Shown: positions 1 through 10,142, counted from the whole stretch's first letter. The stretch: DNA of 61,887 nucleotides, filler included, from Stramenopiles sp. TOSAG23-3 (GCA_900128585.1; 17 parts of 17 records of this genome joined end to end with filler, not necessarily neighbours in it); one strand, 5' to 3'. A program made the numbers and translations. Notes: generated by a model not told the origin, from the sequence alone.

Positions 1-79
1 AAATGTAAATTTGTTTTTGTCCACAAACTTCCTTCTTGTATCATAACTTGCTGCGTTTTGTCTACACTATCTTCCTCGT
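1..79. repeat. Left arm of a perfect 79-bp inverted repeat bounding contig 1
   Basis: 1..79 is the exact reverse complement of 3497..3575. Confidence 0.95.
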
Positions 80-912
80 TTGACACTCCCTTCAACACTT
101 TCTTTTGCCATGTACATCAAGCCAGTAGACCATATTCCACGCAAGAGTTCCGCATCTAGGCCAGAGTACAGGGATAGGATCCCTTGTTCGTTGATGATTT
201 TCATCAGGGCTTCAAACAAACTGACGTTCGCTTTGGACGAACCTTGGAGGATGACGCGTCCGCGGATGAAGGGGTACATGATCGAGCTCGCGATGGTGCG
301 GGCAAACATGCCTAGAACCAGCCCCGTAAACCCGGTGATCGCGGTGACGCGCACGCGCTTCATGTAGAGGGCTTTCAGGGTGTCGTAAATGGTGGAGCGA
401 AACGCGGGAGACAGGCAGAGGAAAAAGTAGGCCGTGAGCCCGTTGTAGCAGCTCCCGTCGGCGATGGCGTTCCGGGCGATCGTAAGGATCCCCTCGCCTT
501 TGGTGCCCGTCTGCACGCGCACGCCGATCGTCTCGATGGGCAGCGTGATCGGCTGGTGGGCAAGGTCGGACACGTACCCGATGAAGACGTTGGACCAAAA
601 CCCGACCGTCGGGTTGATGTACTCCCGGTAGTACCGCAAAAGGGCCCCGTAAATATAGAAATATACAAATTTTTGAATGGCGCTCTGAAGCGCCCCCAGC
701 TCGACACCCTTCATCATCCCAAGGTACCCTTCTTCCCGAATTATCTTTTTTACCACCTCGACCATAGTTTTTTTCTTCTTCACAGCGTTCCCGTTCGCAT
801 CTTCTTCCACCACCTGCAAGTTCGTTTTTATCCTCTCCAAGGGGTATACCATGAAGGAGGAGAAGGCCCCGCCCGCTGCCCCAGAAATCGCTTCGGCAAA
901 GGAGTCAGACAT
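67..912 (-). CDS. Mitochondrial carrier family (SLC25) protein, peroxisomal adenine-nucleotide/CoA carrier-like (PMP34/ANT1 type)
   Basis: Three carrier repeats with Px[DE]xx[KR]-type signatures (YPLERIK, LPIETIG, YPFIRGR) and EEG/EQG motifs. Start placed at ATG 912. The last codons and stop lie inside the terminal inverted repeat. Confidence 0.85.
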   Translation of the reverse strand: MSDSFAEAISGAAGGAFSSFMVYPLERIKTNLQVVEEDANGNAVKKKKTMVEVVKKIIREEGYLGMMKGVELGALQSAIQKFVYFYIYGALLRYYREYINPTVGFWSNVFIGYVSDLAHQPITLPIETIGVRVQTGTKGEGILTIARNAIADGSCYNGLTAYFFLCLSPAFRSTIYDTLKALYMKRVRVTAITGFTGLVLGMFARTIASSIMYPFIRGRVILQGSSKANVSLFEALMKIINEQGILSLYSGLDAELLRGIWSTGLMYMAKESVEGSVKRGR

Positions 913-1119
913 GGTCGTACTGTTTCGAAAAAAAAGGTTCAAACGTGGCGGCGTGCGAGCAAGTGCGTACCGTATTTAAATGTCCTGTACGAAACCAATT
1001 GATTTGCACTTATACCGGAGTTAAACATGATATAAATATTAAATAAATCATTTTCTAATTTTGACAGTATAGAGTTCAGATTTTATTGATTATTATTATT
1101 ATTTTGATCATCATCATCA

Positions 1120-1318
1120 TTCTTCTTCTTCTTCTTCTTTCTTCTTCTTCTTTTTTCTCTCTTCTTCTTCTTCTTCTTCTTCTTCTTCTTTCAATCTTCT
1201 TCTTTTCTTCTTCTTCGTTCTTCCTTCTTCGTTCTTCTTCTTCCTTCTCAAAATCCTTCTTCTCTTCTTCTTCTTCTTCTTCTTCTTCTTCTTCTTTCAA
1301 TCTTCTTCTTTTCTTCTC
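1120..1318. repeat. (TTC)n microsatellite
   Basis: Visible simple repeat. Confidence 0.95.
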
Positions 1319-1939
1319 CGATTACACCATCACAACAACATTAACACAGCAAGATAATGACATGATGAGGAAGGAAGGCTCAGCCACCACAATTTTCATT
1401 TTATATTATAAGTATACATAATTCGTATTATATAAAGCAATAGATTCCTATTCAAATACCACTCTCCACCTCGATCGAATTGATTCATAATTCGTATATA
1501 TATTGGATTTAGTATATGTATTTATATAGGTAAGAAATACTTTTGGCATATATTTCTTGATTTATGCATATATAGAAGTACAATAGTATATTGACAAATA
1601 ATTGTAGTTCTTCTTATTATTATACTTAATCATAGAAAGCCTTAATTATTATTTCCTTCCTTGATACTCCTCGCTCCGTCGTCGTCGTCGCGAAAAAAAA
1701 ATAATAAAAAAAAAATAAATAATAAAAAAAAAATGCGCGGCGCGGGAATTGGAAAGACATGTTTAATTATGAATGTAAATGTCTTTCTGAATATAAATCG
1801 ACGGAACGATCTACGTTTGTTTTGAATCGCCCCCCGTTGTCCATACGTTCACCTACTTGCCATACGTTTGGTTTCGTTCGTGTAATATATATATTAGCAG
1901 CAGCACATACACACGTATACATTTATATAATAGTTCACC

Positions 1940-3352
1940 ATGCCTGCACGCCCGGGCGGCCTTGGGCCGACGAAACAACGCAAAAAGGCAAAGAAAAAGA
2001 AAAACCGTGGAAAGTCCCCAAAGGCGTCCTCGGTGGCACAAGATGTAAGAAATGCGCTGCGGCAGGAGGCGGCCGTGGCGGACATAGACCCGGAGGACGT
2101 GGACGCCAACTTCGACGCGGGCTTCCGCGAGGGGCCGGTGCCCCGATACAGCCATTACGACGAGAGCACGTTTGCGCCCTCGGGCCGCCTGCACATGCGC
2201 GCAGGCATCGACTTGGGGGACGACGAGAAGTACGCGGGGAAGCCAGCCAGCCGAAAAGACATGTACAGCGAAGAGGAAAATGAACCAGAGGACGAGGAAA
2301 GCAGGGAGGTCTTGGCTAGAATGCGAGAGAGCATGCAGCGTCGAGCCGGGGAAGCCGTCGAGTTTGCCAGCGAGAGCGACGAGGAGGTTGACTCGGAGGA
2401 GGAGAACGAGGTCGCAAGAGAGCTGAAACGGATAGAGAAGGAGGACCGCGAGGCGCTCATGCGGCTTACGTCGAGCCGGGACGAGGACTACAAGCGGGCG
2501 GTCGTCATCAAGGAGCAAGTCTCTTTATGGGACGATTTTTTAAGGATGCGGATCTCGATGCAGTCCCTGGTCGGCAACGCAAACCGATTTCCACAGCCAG
2601 GCATTTACTCGTCGTTCAAGAAGGACAAGCGAAGGGCGCAGCCGGGGCTGAAGGACAGCGTGAAGGCAAGCATAGCGCTGGCCGAGGACATGCTAGGGAT
2701 TCAGACGGCCCTGATCGGGCGCAATAGTTACATCGAGGGAAACGCCGGCGCCCCCCCAGAGAAGGAGGGGGAAGGCGTAGGGGACAAGCTCGACCGGTTG
2801 TGGAAGCGCGTCCAGGAGGGCACGCGGTTGTCCGAGCCCTTCTGCAGGGAGGCGATCGGCAAGACGGACGAACGCGTCCGGCTGCAGTCCGTGACGAACA
2901 AAAAAGGACTTTCGGCAGTCAACCGGTCCCTTCTGACCCAAATAGACGCCATCCTGGACAACAAACAGAAGCTGGTGAGGCGAACGCGGCTGCGCCAACA
3001 GACCGACGTGATCCTTGGAAAGCCCGGGCGGGATGCGGCGGGGGAACGGGGGGAATCGCAGCAGGAGGACGAAGAAATTTTCGACGACACGGACTTTTTC
3101 CAAAATCAGCTGAAAGAGTTCGTGTCCTCCAGCGCAATCGACGACTTTGAGCGGCGTCATTTTGAGCAGAAAATGAACACCAAACGGTCGAAAAAGTCGA
3201 AGCGAAAGGTGGACACAAAGGCGAGCAAGGGGCGACGGTTAAAGTTTGTAAAGCACGATAAGATCGTCAATTTCATGGCCCCAGTACCCGTCATCCCGCT
3301 GGAGATTGACATGGACGCGCTGCTATCGTCGCTCTTTGACAATGCCCCGTAG
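1940..3352 (+). CDS. AATF: AATF/Bfr2 (Che-1/Traube) ribosome biogenesis protein
   Basis: LWDDFLRMRISMQ..ANRFP, EIFDDTDFF and the C-terminal TRAUB motif VDTKASKGRRLKF..HDKIVNFMAP. Confidence 0.92.
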   Translation: MPARPGGLGPTKQRKKAKKKKNRGKSPKASSVAQDVRNALRQEAAVADIDPEDVDANFDAGFREGPVPRYSHYDESTFAPSGRLHMRAGIDLGDDEKYAGKPASRKDMYSEEENEPEDEESREVLARMRESMQRRAGEAVEFASESDEEVDSEEENEVARELKRIEKEDREALMRLTSSRDEDYKRAVVIKEQVSLWDDFLRMRISMQSLVGNANRFPQPGIYSSFKKDKRRAQPGLKDSVKASIALAEDMLGIQTALIGRNSYIEGNAGAPPEKEGEGVGDKLDRLWKRVQEGTRLSEPFCREAIGKTDERVRLQSVTNKKGLSAVNRSLLTQIDAILDNKQKLVRRTRLRQQTDVILGKPGRDAAGERGESQQEDEEIFDDTDFFQNQLKEFVSSSAIDDFERRHFEQKMNTKRSKKSKRKVDTKASKGRRLKFVKHDKIVNFMAPVPVIPLEIDMDALLSSLFDNAP

Positions 3353-3496
3353 GTAAATTAGGATATACTCGGAAGACGTTGTGCAGAAGAACGCTTATAA
3401 TTATTGGTGCGTGAGTGAAAATCCAAAAAACAATTAGAAAGTTTGATGACATCGTTGTTGGACAAATTGTCGAAAATGAGGTTAACTGGAGTACAC

Positions 3497-3575
3497 ACGA
3501 GGAAGATAGTGTAGACAAAACGCAGCAAGTTATGATACAAGAAGGAAGTTTGTGGACAAAAACAAATTTACATTT
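3497..3575. repeat. Right arm of the 79-bp inverted repeat bounding contig 1
   Basis: Exact reverse complement of 1..79. Confidence 0.95.
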
Positions 3576-3675
3576 NNNNNNNNNNNNNNNNNNNNNNNNN
3601 NNNNNNNNNNNNNNNNNNNTTAATTAATTAANNNNNNNNNNNNNNNNNNNNNNNNNNNNNNNNNNNNNNNNNNNN
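3576..3675. other. Artificial contig-joining linker N44-TTAATTAATTAA-N44 (first of 16; others start at 7245, 10911, 14576, 18235, 21892, 25547, 29196, 32840, 36479, 40115, 43750, 47383, 51016, 54643, 58269)
   Basis: Identical 100-bp structure with stops in all six frames. The intervening contigs decrease monotonically in length from 3575 to 3519 bp. Confidence 0.98.
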
Positions 3676-4178
3676 TATTTTGAGTTGTGTTGTTGTTGTG
3701 GTTGGGTATAAAATTAATAATATTTAATTTAATTATATTTGTTTTAATATTATATTATATAGGTAAATAACAAGGACGAAGAGGTATGAAAAATGAAAAA
3801 GAAAGAAGAAAGAAAGAAGGTAGGATTTTAATTATTAATAATATTGAAACAAAGAAGAAGAAGAAGAAGAAGAAAAAAGAAAGTACATTTTCTTTTAAGA
3901 GGAAGAAGGCGTTGGTGGAAACATGTCTTTTCTTTATTTAATGTATGTATATATGGATGCATGCGAGTGTGTGTGTGTGGATCAAGGTTTTTTTTTCTCT
4001 CTTTTTTTTTAATTTGTTTGTTTATTAGCTTATTCGTAGAAAGAATTAGTTTATACATAGTGGTGGATTGAGTTTTATATTTATATCGGTCGGTCGGTGG
4101 GTTGAGGTTTGTATATACATAGGCACGGACGGGCTTCAACGCTTCTCCCCCGACGCTTCCCTTTCCCCCCCTCGCACA

Positions 4179-6212
4179 ATGACAAGCTTGAGGAATGAGA
4201 AGGGCACGCCGCCGAATAGGAAACAGGCGGCGTTTAAAATTGCGGGCATGTTCAGGGGGTTCAAGGCCAGGAAACGAGTGAAGGCGCTGATTAGGATCCA
4301 GTACGCTAAGAAGTACGACGTGGAAACGGACAAGTTCTACTATGAAAACACAAAGACGGGAGAGACGTCCCAGCAGAAGCCCGTCAACCTCGGCAGCGAC
4401 GACTTGCCGAATCCAAAGATGGGGAAGGACTGGAAGTGCGCGTTTTGCGAAAACAACAACCGCGGCCTTCAGCCGGCGTGCAGGGTGTGCAAGCGGAAGA
4501 AAGAGGACTCGCTGAAGCGCGTGGAGCTCGCGGAGAAGGAGCGGATCAGGAAGGAGCAGGAAGAAATAGAAAAGATGGAAGCGGAGAAGGCCGCCGCGAA
4601 GGCGGAAGAGATGGAGCGCCGAAAGAAGCGAGCGGCCATAAAGATCCCGTTTGCACCGCTTGGAGCGGGTGCGCGGGCGACGAAGAAGGGGGCCGTCGTG
4701 TGGTGGACCCCGGGGAGCGACGGGGGGAAGCCCGTCACCAAGTGGGTCATTCGCAAGCACCGGCTGGACCTCGGGGAGTGGTCGGTCAAGTCGGAGATCG
4801 AGGTGGAGCACACGGAGGGGTTCGACTGCACGTACCGCTTCGACGAGGGCCTGATGCAGGACAGGGAGTACCGCTTCGACATCTACGCGGTCAACGAGGA
4901 TGGCCGGAGCGAGAAGGAGAGCAACCCGACCAACAAGATCGAGCCTGGCCTCGTGCTCCCCGAAGGGTGGGAGAAGAACGTGGACAAGGCGGGCCGGGCG
5001 TACTACTTCAACCGGTCCCTGAACAAGACCAGCTGGGCCGTGCCGAAGCCGGACAAGTACTACATTTCCCCGGACCTGCGCATACGGTTCAAGCCTGGGG
5101 AGGTGGACGAGCTCCAGAGGCAGTTCAACGCGTACGACATGGACGGGAGCGGGGAAATAGACAAGAACGAGCTCGGGCAGCTGTTCAAGCGGATGGGCGA
5201 AAGGATAAAGCCGGAGGAGCTGGACGACCTTCTCGCAAAGGTGGACGACGACGGCAGCGGGGAGGTTTCCTTCCAAGAGTTCATTCAAATGATCGAGTGG
5301 CTGCGGGAGGGCCGCCTGAGCGTGGGGAAGAAGTTCATGCGGGGGCTCAGCAAGCTGAAAGGCTTTGGGTCAAAGTTTCTCAAAAAAGCGTTCAAGAAGA
5401 AGAAAATGTCCGACCAGGAGAAAACGGCGCGAAAGATGGGGGATTGGCAGCAGGAGTTCAACAAGAACATTGGCAAGCCCTACTACTTCAATAGAAAAAC
5501 CGGGGAGACCACGTGGAAGCGGCCCCAGGAGGTACTGTTTTGGATGTCGCCGGCGCTGGCGGAAAAGTTCAGCGAGGCCGAGATCCTCGGCTTCCAGGAG
5601 GACTTTGCGGCTTTCGACCTGGACGGCAGCGGGGCGATCGACGAGAAGGAACTCACCGAGTGCTTCAAGGACATGAACATCGAGATCGACGGCATGCGGC
5701 TGCGGAAGCTCTTGGCCACCGTCGACGAGGACGGTAGCGGGGAGCTGGAGTTCGACGAGTTCGTAGAGCTCATCGATAGGGTAAGGAACGGGAAAGGCTT
5801 TGGCCTCGGGGACGTCTTCAGTGGAAAGGCCAGAAAATTGAAGAAGAAGAACAAGAAGATCAAACCCGCCTCGATGGCCGGCGGGGACAACACCCAAGCT
5901 GCGAAACGGAAGAAACGGCTCCGCCACGTTTTCCCAAAAATGGGCGATTGGCTCTTCGACCACGGCCTGACTCGTTACGAAAACACGTTCGTCCATGCCG
6001 GCTTTCGGCACACAGAAAGCCTGTTCTTGATGAAAGAGGAAGACATGGACACCCTTGGAATGAAGCGCGGCCACAAGCGAAAGTTCATGGCAGGCCTGAA
6101 ACGGCTCAAGAAGCGGGAGCGGGGCGAGGAGGACTCCGCCGGGGGGAACGGGAAAAAGTACGTCAAGTTCGTGGGCACCGGGGGCGGGACGACGACCAGC
6201 ACGCGGCGCTAG
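4179..6212 (+). CDS. Multidomain Ca2+-signalling protein (IQ, WW, RanBP2-type Zn finger, FN3, WW + EF-hand pairs, SAM)
   Basis: IQ-like IAGMFRGFKARK; WKCAFCENNN..CRVC; FN3 (W..PGSDGGKPV..Y.FDIYAVNEDGRS); WW LPEGWEK..GRAYYFN..TSW; EF loops DMDGSGEID, DDDGSGEVS, DLDGSGAID, DEDGSGELE; SAM-like WLFDHGL..Y..LGMKRGH. Confidence 0.85.
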   Translation: MTSLRNEKGTPPNRKQAAFKIAGMFRGFKARKRVKALIRIQYAKKYDVETDKFYYENTKTGETSQQKPVNLGSDDLPNPKMGKDWKCAFCENNNRGLQPACRVCKRKKEDSLKRVELAEKERIRKEQEEIEKMEAEKAAAKAEEMERRKKRAAIKIPFAPLGAGARATKKGAVVWWTPGSDGGKPVTKWVIRKHRLDLGEWSVKSEIEVEHTEGFDCTYRFDEGLMQDREYRFDIYAVNEDGRSEKESNPTNKIEPGLVLPEGWEKNVDKAGRAYYFNRSLNKTSWAVPKPDKYYISPDLRIRFKPGEVDELQRQFNAYDMDGSGEIDKNELGQLFKRMGERIKPEELDDLLAKVDDDGSGEVSFQEFIQMIEWLREGRLSVGKKFMRGLSKLKGFGSKFLKKAFKKKKMSDQEKTARKMGDWQQEFNKNIGKPYYFNRKTGETTWKRPQEVLFWMSPALAEKFSEAEILGFQEDFAAFDLDGSGAIDEKELTECFKDMNIEIDGMRLRKLLATVDEDGSGELEFDEFVELIDRVRNGKGFGLGDVFSGKARKLKKKNKKIKPASMAGGDNTQAAKRKKRLRHVFPKMGDWLFDHGLTRYENTFVHAGFRHTESLFLMKEEDMDTLGMKRGHKRKFMAGLKRLKKRERGEEDSAGGNGKKYVKFVGTGGGTTTSTRR

Positions 6213-6356
6213 GGTGAAACGTAACATTTGATATTATACGATATTATTTGTTTTAGAACAAAAAGATTTACGTAAGAATTGTTGACGCACACGCTTTCTA
6301 ATTTACATGCACATCCTCTGCAGCAAATTTACCGTTCCCCACGATGCTCTCTTTAC

Positions 6357-7244
6357 CTACATTCGGCGTTGGGACTCTTCCCGAAGTTTTTGTGCCTTCT
6401 TCACTCGATTCCATATGGCATGGGCCTCCTCTTTGGTCGTTGCCACTTCTTTCCCAAACACATGCGGGCAACGATCTTTTATTTTCTTTGCGCAGCGCTT
6501 CAAGCTTCTCTCGTAGGACACTCGGCCGCTGTAGTCTCGTTCGCATATTTTCATCAATAAAAGCACATCGAACATCAAATCGCCCAATTCCTCTTCCAAA
6601 TCTTCTTCGTTGACCGGGTCCGCCGCCATTTCTTCCTTCACTTCGAGCACCTCGGACTCCGTGAAGCGAACCATCTCGCTCGCTCTTGTTCGACTTGTCC
6701 AGGGGCACCGCTTCAGCACACCGTCGATGACGTACTCTAACTGCTCGATCCCAGGGCCGTGAGCGTTGGTGTACCTTGCTACGTCCGAGCGGGTGAAGCC
6801 GGCATCTCTCTTGTGAACAAGCATTCCATGCCAACCGTCCTCGTTCTTCAGCGAAGACATTGAATCGTCAATGATGATCATTTGCTCAAACGGAACGCCA
6901 TAAAATTTGCTTATTTCCCGCATGTGATGCCGCTTGCCTTTTTGTGTAGGCACCTTCCCGTGCAATCTATAGTCGTAGCCAACCATGATCTTAAACTTAG
7001 GCAGCACATGCGACGGGCAGGTTTGTTCGATCACTGCGGTGGCCAAATCTGGGCCTAAAATGTGTGTGTCCCGACTTTGGCCCGGCAAATCGTACTCTGC
7101 TGGGTCTGAACCGGTTGCAACGGCAAGCTGGAAACCGGGCTCCTCTTCTGACGCCAGGGTGGAGGCAAGCGCCACAAAGTCGGAAGATACCGAGCGGATG
7201 TAGTTCTGTAAGCCAGTCCGCGGGAGCCCTGCACCGCAGTGGCA
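6357..7244 (-). CDS. HAD-like phosphatase - MazG nucleotide pyrophosphohydrolase fusion (5' partial)
   Basis: C-terminal half has CPW..EELGDLMF..RCPHVFG..W..KK (MazG). N-terminal half has AVATGSD, KGKRHHM, MIIIDD (HAD motifs II-IV-like). Frame is open to the contig end. Confidence 0.75.
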   Translation of the reverse strand, partial: CHCGAGLPRTGLQNYIRSVSSDFVALASTLASEEEPGFQLAVATGSDPAEYDLPGQSRDTHILGPDLATAVIEQTCPSHVLPKFKIMVGYDYRLHGKVPTQKGKRHHMREISKFYGVPFEQMIIIDDSMSSLKNEDGWHGMLVHKRDAGFTRSDVARYTNAHGPGIEQLEYVIDGVLKRCPWTSRTRASEMVRFTESEVLEVKEEMAADPVNEEDLEEELGDLMFDVLLLMKICERDYSGRVSYERSLKRCAKKIKDRCPHVFGKEVATTKEEAHAIWNRVKKAQKLREESQRRM

Positions 7245-7723
7245 NNNNNNNNNNNNNNNNNNNNNNNNNNNNNNNNNNNNNNNNNNNNTTAATTAATTAA
7301 NNNNNNNNNNNNNNNNNNNNNNNNNNNNNNNNNNNNNNNNNNNNCATCATTAATGCTGTGTTCATGTTAAACCCCAACAGCTTAAAAATGGTGGATTTCC
7401 GATTTTTCTAGGCGCGTATGAATTATACTGTGATTTTCTATTATACTTAATTTGTATTATATACAGACCTTCTTCACCTTTTCATCATCAATATTATTCT
7501 TGTTTAATTATTTTCTATTATAATAATACTTTCTACGTAGACCTGTTGACGCCATTTATTACGCTTTATAGTACATTAGTCTTTTTGATAATTATTTTCC
7601 TATTATAATATTTTGCGTGTTGTACAGACCTGTTGACGTGTTCCATCTCTTTTTTTTCACCAGCAGACTTATGAAGCAGGTATATTCAAGTCCTGTAGAT
7701 GTACCTGCGATAAATTGAAGGCC

Positions 7724-8134
7724 CTAGGGGACGTTGAAATCAAGCGACGATGTGTATCCAGAACAAGTGGACCGATGGTTTATTTTAGTTTTGACAGCAC
7801 ATAATGGTACTCGTTCAGTTGGATTAGCCGCTCTTTTAGCGTTGAGGAATCGGTCAATTCGTGATCCATCAGCCCTCTGTCGTAACACCGTTCGTAAAGA
7901 ACACCTCAGTTTTGGAAGCAGTTTTGTTTGTTGAAGCGTTTGAAGGAGCGTCTGTGGAGAGTACAAATGAATTGGTTTCTTAAGGGTACTCGAGAGCTGT
8001 TTGTGATATGCTCCCTTGATATGAGTCCCGATTAGCCGCTTCGTGTGTTTGCTAAAGGAGAAGTCTGTTACTAGTTTCTCATGAAAGATCAGCTTGTCAT
8101 TTACTGACTCCAACGTAACGATGGTTTTGACCAT
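7724..8134 (-). CDS. Hypothetical basic protein (136 aa) in the putative viral/mobile remnant
   Basis: ATG-initiated ORF, co-oriented with the primase ORFs, with a TATA-like TATATA near 8210. No recognisable motif. Confidence 0.45.
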   Translation of the reverse strand: MVKTIVTLESVNDKLIFHEKLVTDFSFSKHTKRLIGTHIKGAYHKQLSSTLKKPIHLYSPQTLLQTLQQTKLLPKLRCSLRTVLRQRADGSRIDRFLNAKRAANPTERVPLCAVKTKINHRSTCSGYTSSLDFNVP

Positions 8135-8527
8135 GATTGATTTTGAAGGTCTGGGGTGTTGTTGAAACGGTATTTAGCGCGATTGTTTTTAATGTGAGAG
8201 GTGTAAGGTATATATAGTGGTAGATCTAGAGGTAGATTGCATGCAGAAAAGGCCCCCTAGGGGCAAATTTAGATAGTTTAAGTCACGCACTAGAAAAATC
8301 ACGCACAGGAGGTTTATGATAATTTTGAGAGCACTATTTCATATGTATTTAACTGCATCAGGCGGTCTTTGCATGAAGATCCATCACTTAGCTCATGGTT
8401 TAGCAGACGCTTATCGAGTCTCAGTAGCCATATCACCATCTCTATGTGTTCATTATCTAAAGCTTGTTCGAGTAAATCCTTCATGTTCGTTTTTATTTAG
8501 GAAAGGATCGATATATATAGTCATGTT

Positions 8528-10014
8528 TCACACCAATATTTTATACGTGTAGAGCGCGATGCTCCTTTTGTTCTTGGCGTCCCATGCGAACGTGCGATGA
8601 CTTAAGAGCTTCTTCTGGTGGGCATGGAGTAGTTGCCTCAAAATGGTAAGGTTTGCTTTGTTCCCTACAGCACCGGACACCAGCTTTTTTGTATACGCCT
8701 TTGGATATAATTTTAATATCTCGCCCTTCAACTCCTTGATAGTTTTGGTAGACTTCCCGCATTGTTTTCTGGTAATAATAGTGGTGGAATCGTTGGCATT
8801 TTCGAATTGAAAACTTTGGCACAGCAGGTCCAATATGCGTTCGTGCTGGTTTGTAATTTTCATCTTAGTATGACAGGAAAACACTTCATGTTCTGCATTT
8901 TGCCATATATCGCCCTTCCAGAGAAAAAGACTATCGGACTTGGTAGAAAACACAAAGTCATGACCAAACCAAGCTAGCATGGTTTTCCCGTAGCATTCGT
9001 CAGTACCGACAAACAAATCTTCTGGCAAAATGCGTGGAACCACCAGCAACCTGTCCCCAACCTTTTGCCTTTTCTCCAGGGAATATTCCTTTTTGCACCC
9101 ATAACAGTAGACATGCTGAGATGTTATTTTCAGCATCCGGTTGTTTTCGTGGTTATCAAAAGGGCATTCCCACACGGAGGAAACCGCTTTTGCACGTTGA
9201 CCTTCCTCTATGTTAATGACGCTGTCCAGTATGTCATATTGAGAGTATACGCCGACGTCCCATACAAAATCTCCTTTTATCCTGTACTTCGCCTTTTCCT
9301 CCGCTGTAAGTGGGCTACCACTAGACGCTCGTTCTCTCTTTCGTTTTATTTGTGAATTTACATCCACGGGAATTGAACAAGCGTTTGCTGAAATGTAATG
9401 GATCGATAACTCGCAAAAAGTCTCAAACGACATCGGTCCATCGTTATATTCCAGGACACGTTTCGATCCGTCTTTGCAGCACAAGGGGTATCTCCAGGAA
9501 CCAGGCTGGTAGACCTGCCAATCAATTGGGGTCGTTCCCAGCTTCCAAATAACCTTTGTTTTTCTCCTCATTGCTTCAAATGCCTATGCGACTCAAAACA
9601 AACGTCAGGGATGGTGATATGATACGACACTTTGTATGTACCGTTGGACTCACCGGAACTTGACTGTAATTTCCACGGTTTTGTTATACCTGCATCATTA
9701 AAGTCTTTACGGACCTGAATCAGGAACTTCTCTTCGTCATACTCTTCCTTTGTTGGTTCAGAGGAGTCAATATCAACGTGAAAATTACACGGTATAGATG
9801 GATCTCGGTACTCGTAGAAGGAGCACGGCTGGCCCTTGTCGTACTGCGACTTGATCACGTCGTAAATTTTCTCTTTGGTTCCGTATGAAAACAGTTTCGC
9901 ACGGCCCTTTTTGGAAGGGTTGTCAATTTGGAATCTTACGGCACCATCATCTTTGCTCAAATTTTCCAAATCTTTTTCATAATAAACGCATGGGAATCCG
10001 TGTATTGTTTTCAT
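8528..10014 (-). pseudogene. Split AEP PrimPol/D5-type primase with CHC2-like Zn finger and D5_N-like segment, no helicase
   Basis: ORF1 (ATG 10014 to 9568) has FYE..FHVDID and KVSYH. ORF2 (9571-8528) has IDWQVY..WRYPLCCK..R.L, CPF..H..YCYGC and LFLWKGDIWQ. The ORFs overlap at ATGA. Confidence 0.75.
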
Positions 10015-10142
10015 CTCGATTATTTGTATAGAAAATATGATGCCTTTATACTCACAGAAAATTGTTTGTGCAGCAGTAAATATTTTTTTATTGAACAACT
10101 TGTTTTTTGGTAATAATAATAATTAATTTTATTATTTTATCT

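Noticed and set aside
1076..1421. Poly-E/R and poly-L/S ORFs (also near 3844, 18033, 29062, 36527, 39953)
   Set aside because: Translations of microsatellites.
3828..5494. Long antisense or alternate-frame ORFs over GC-rich genes (also 16597-17523, 19070-21109, 56411-57094)
   Set aside because: Shadow ORFs caused by high GC3. The opposite or other frame carries the recognisable protein.
8745..8775. QCGKST as a helicase Walker A
   Set aside because: It lacks the Gx4GK[ST] pattern, the preceding hydrophobic strand and any Walker B or motif C.
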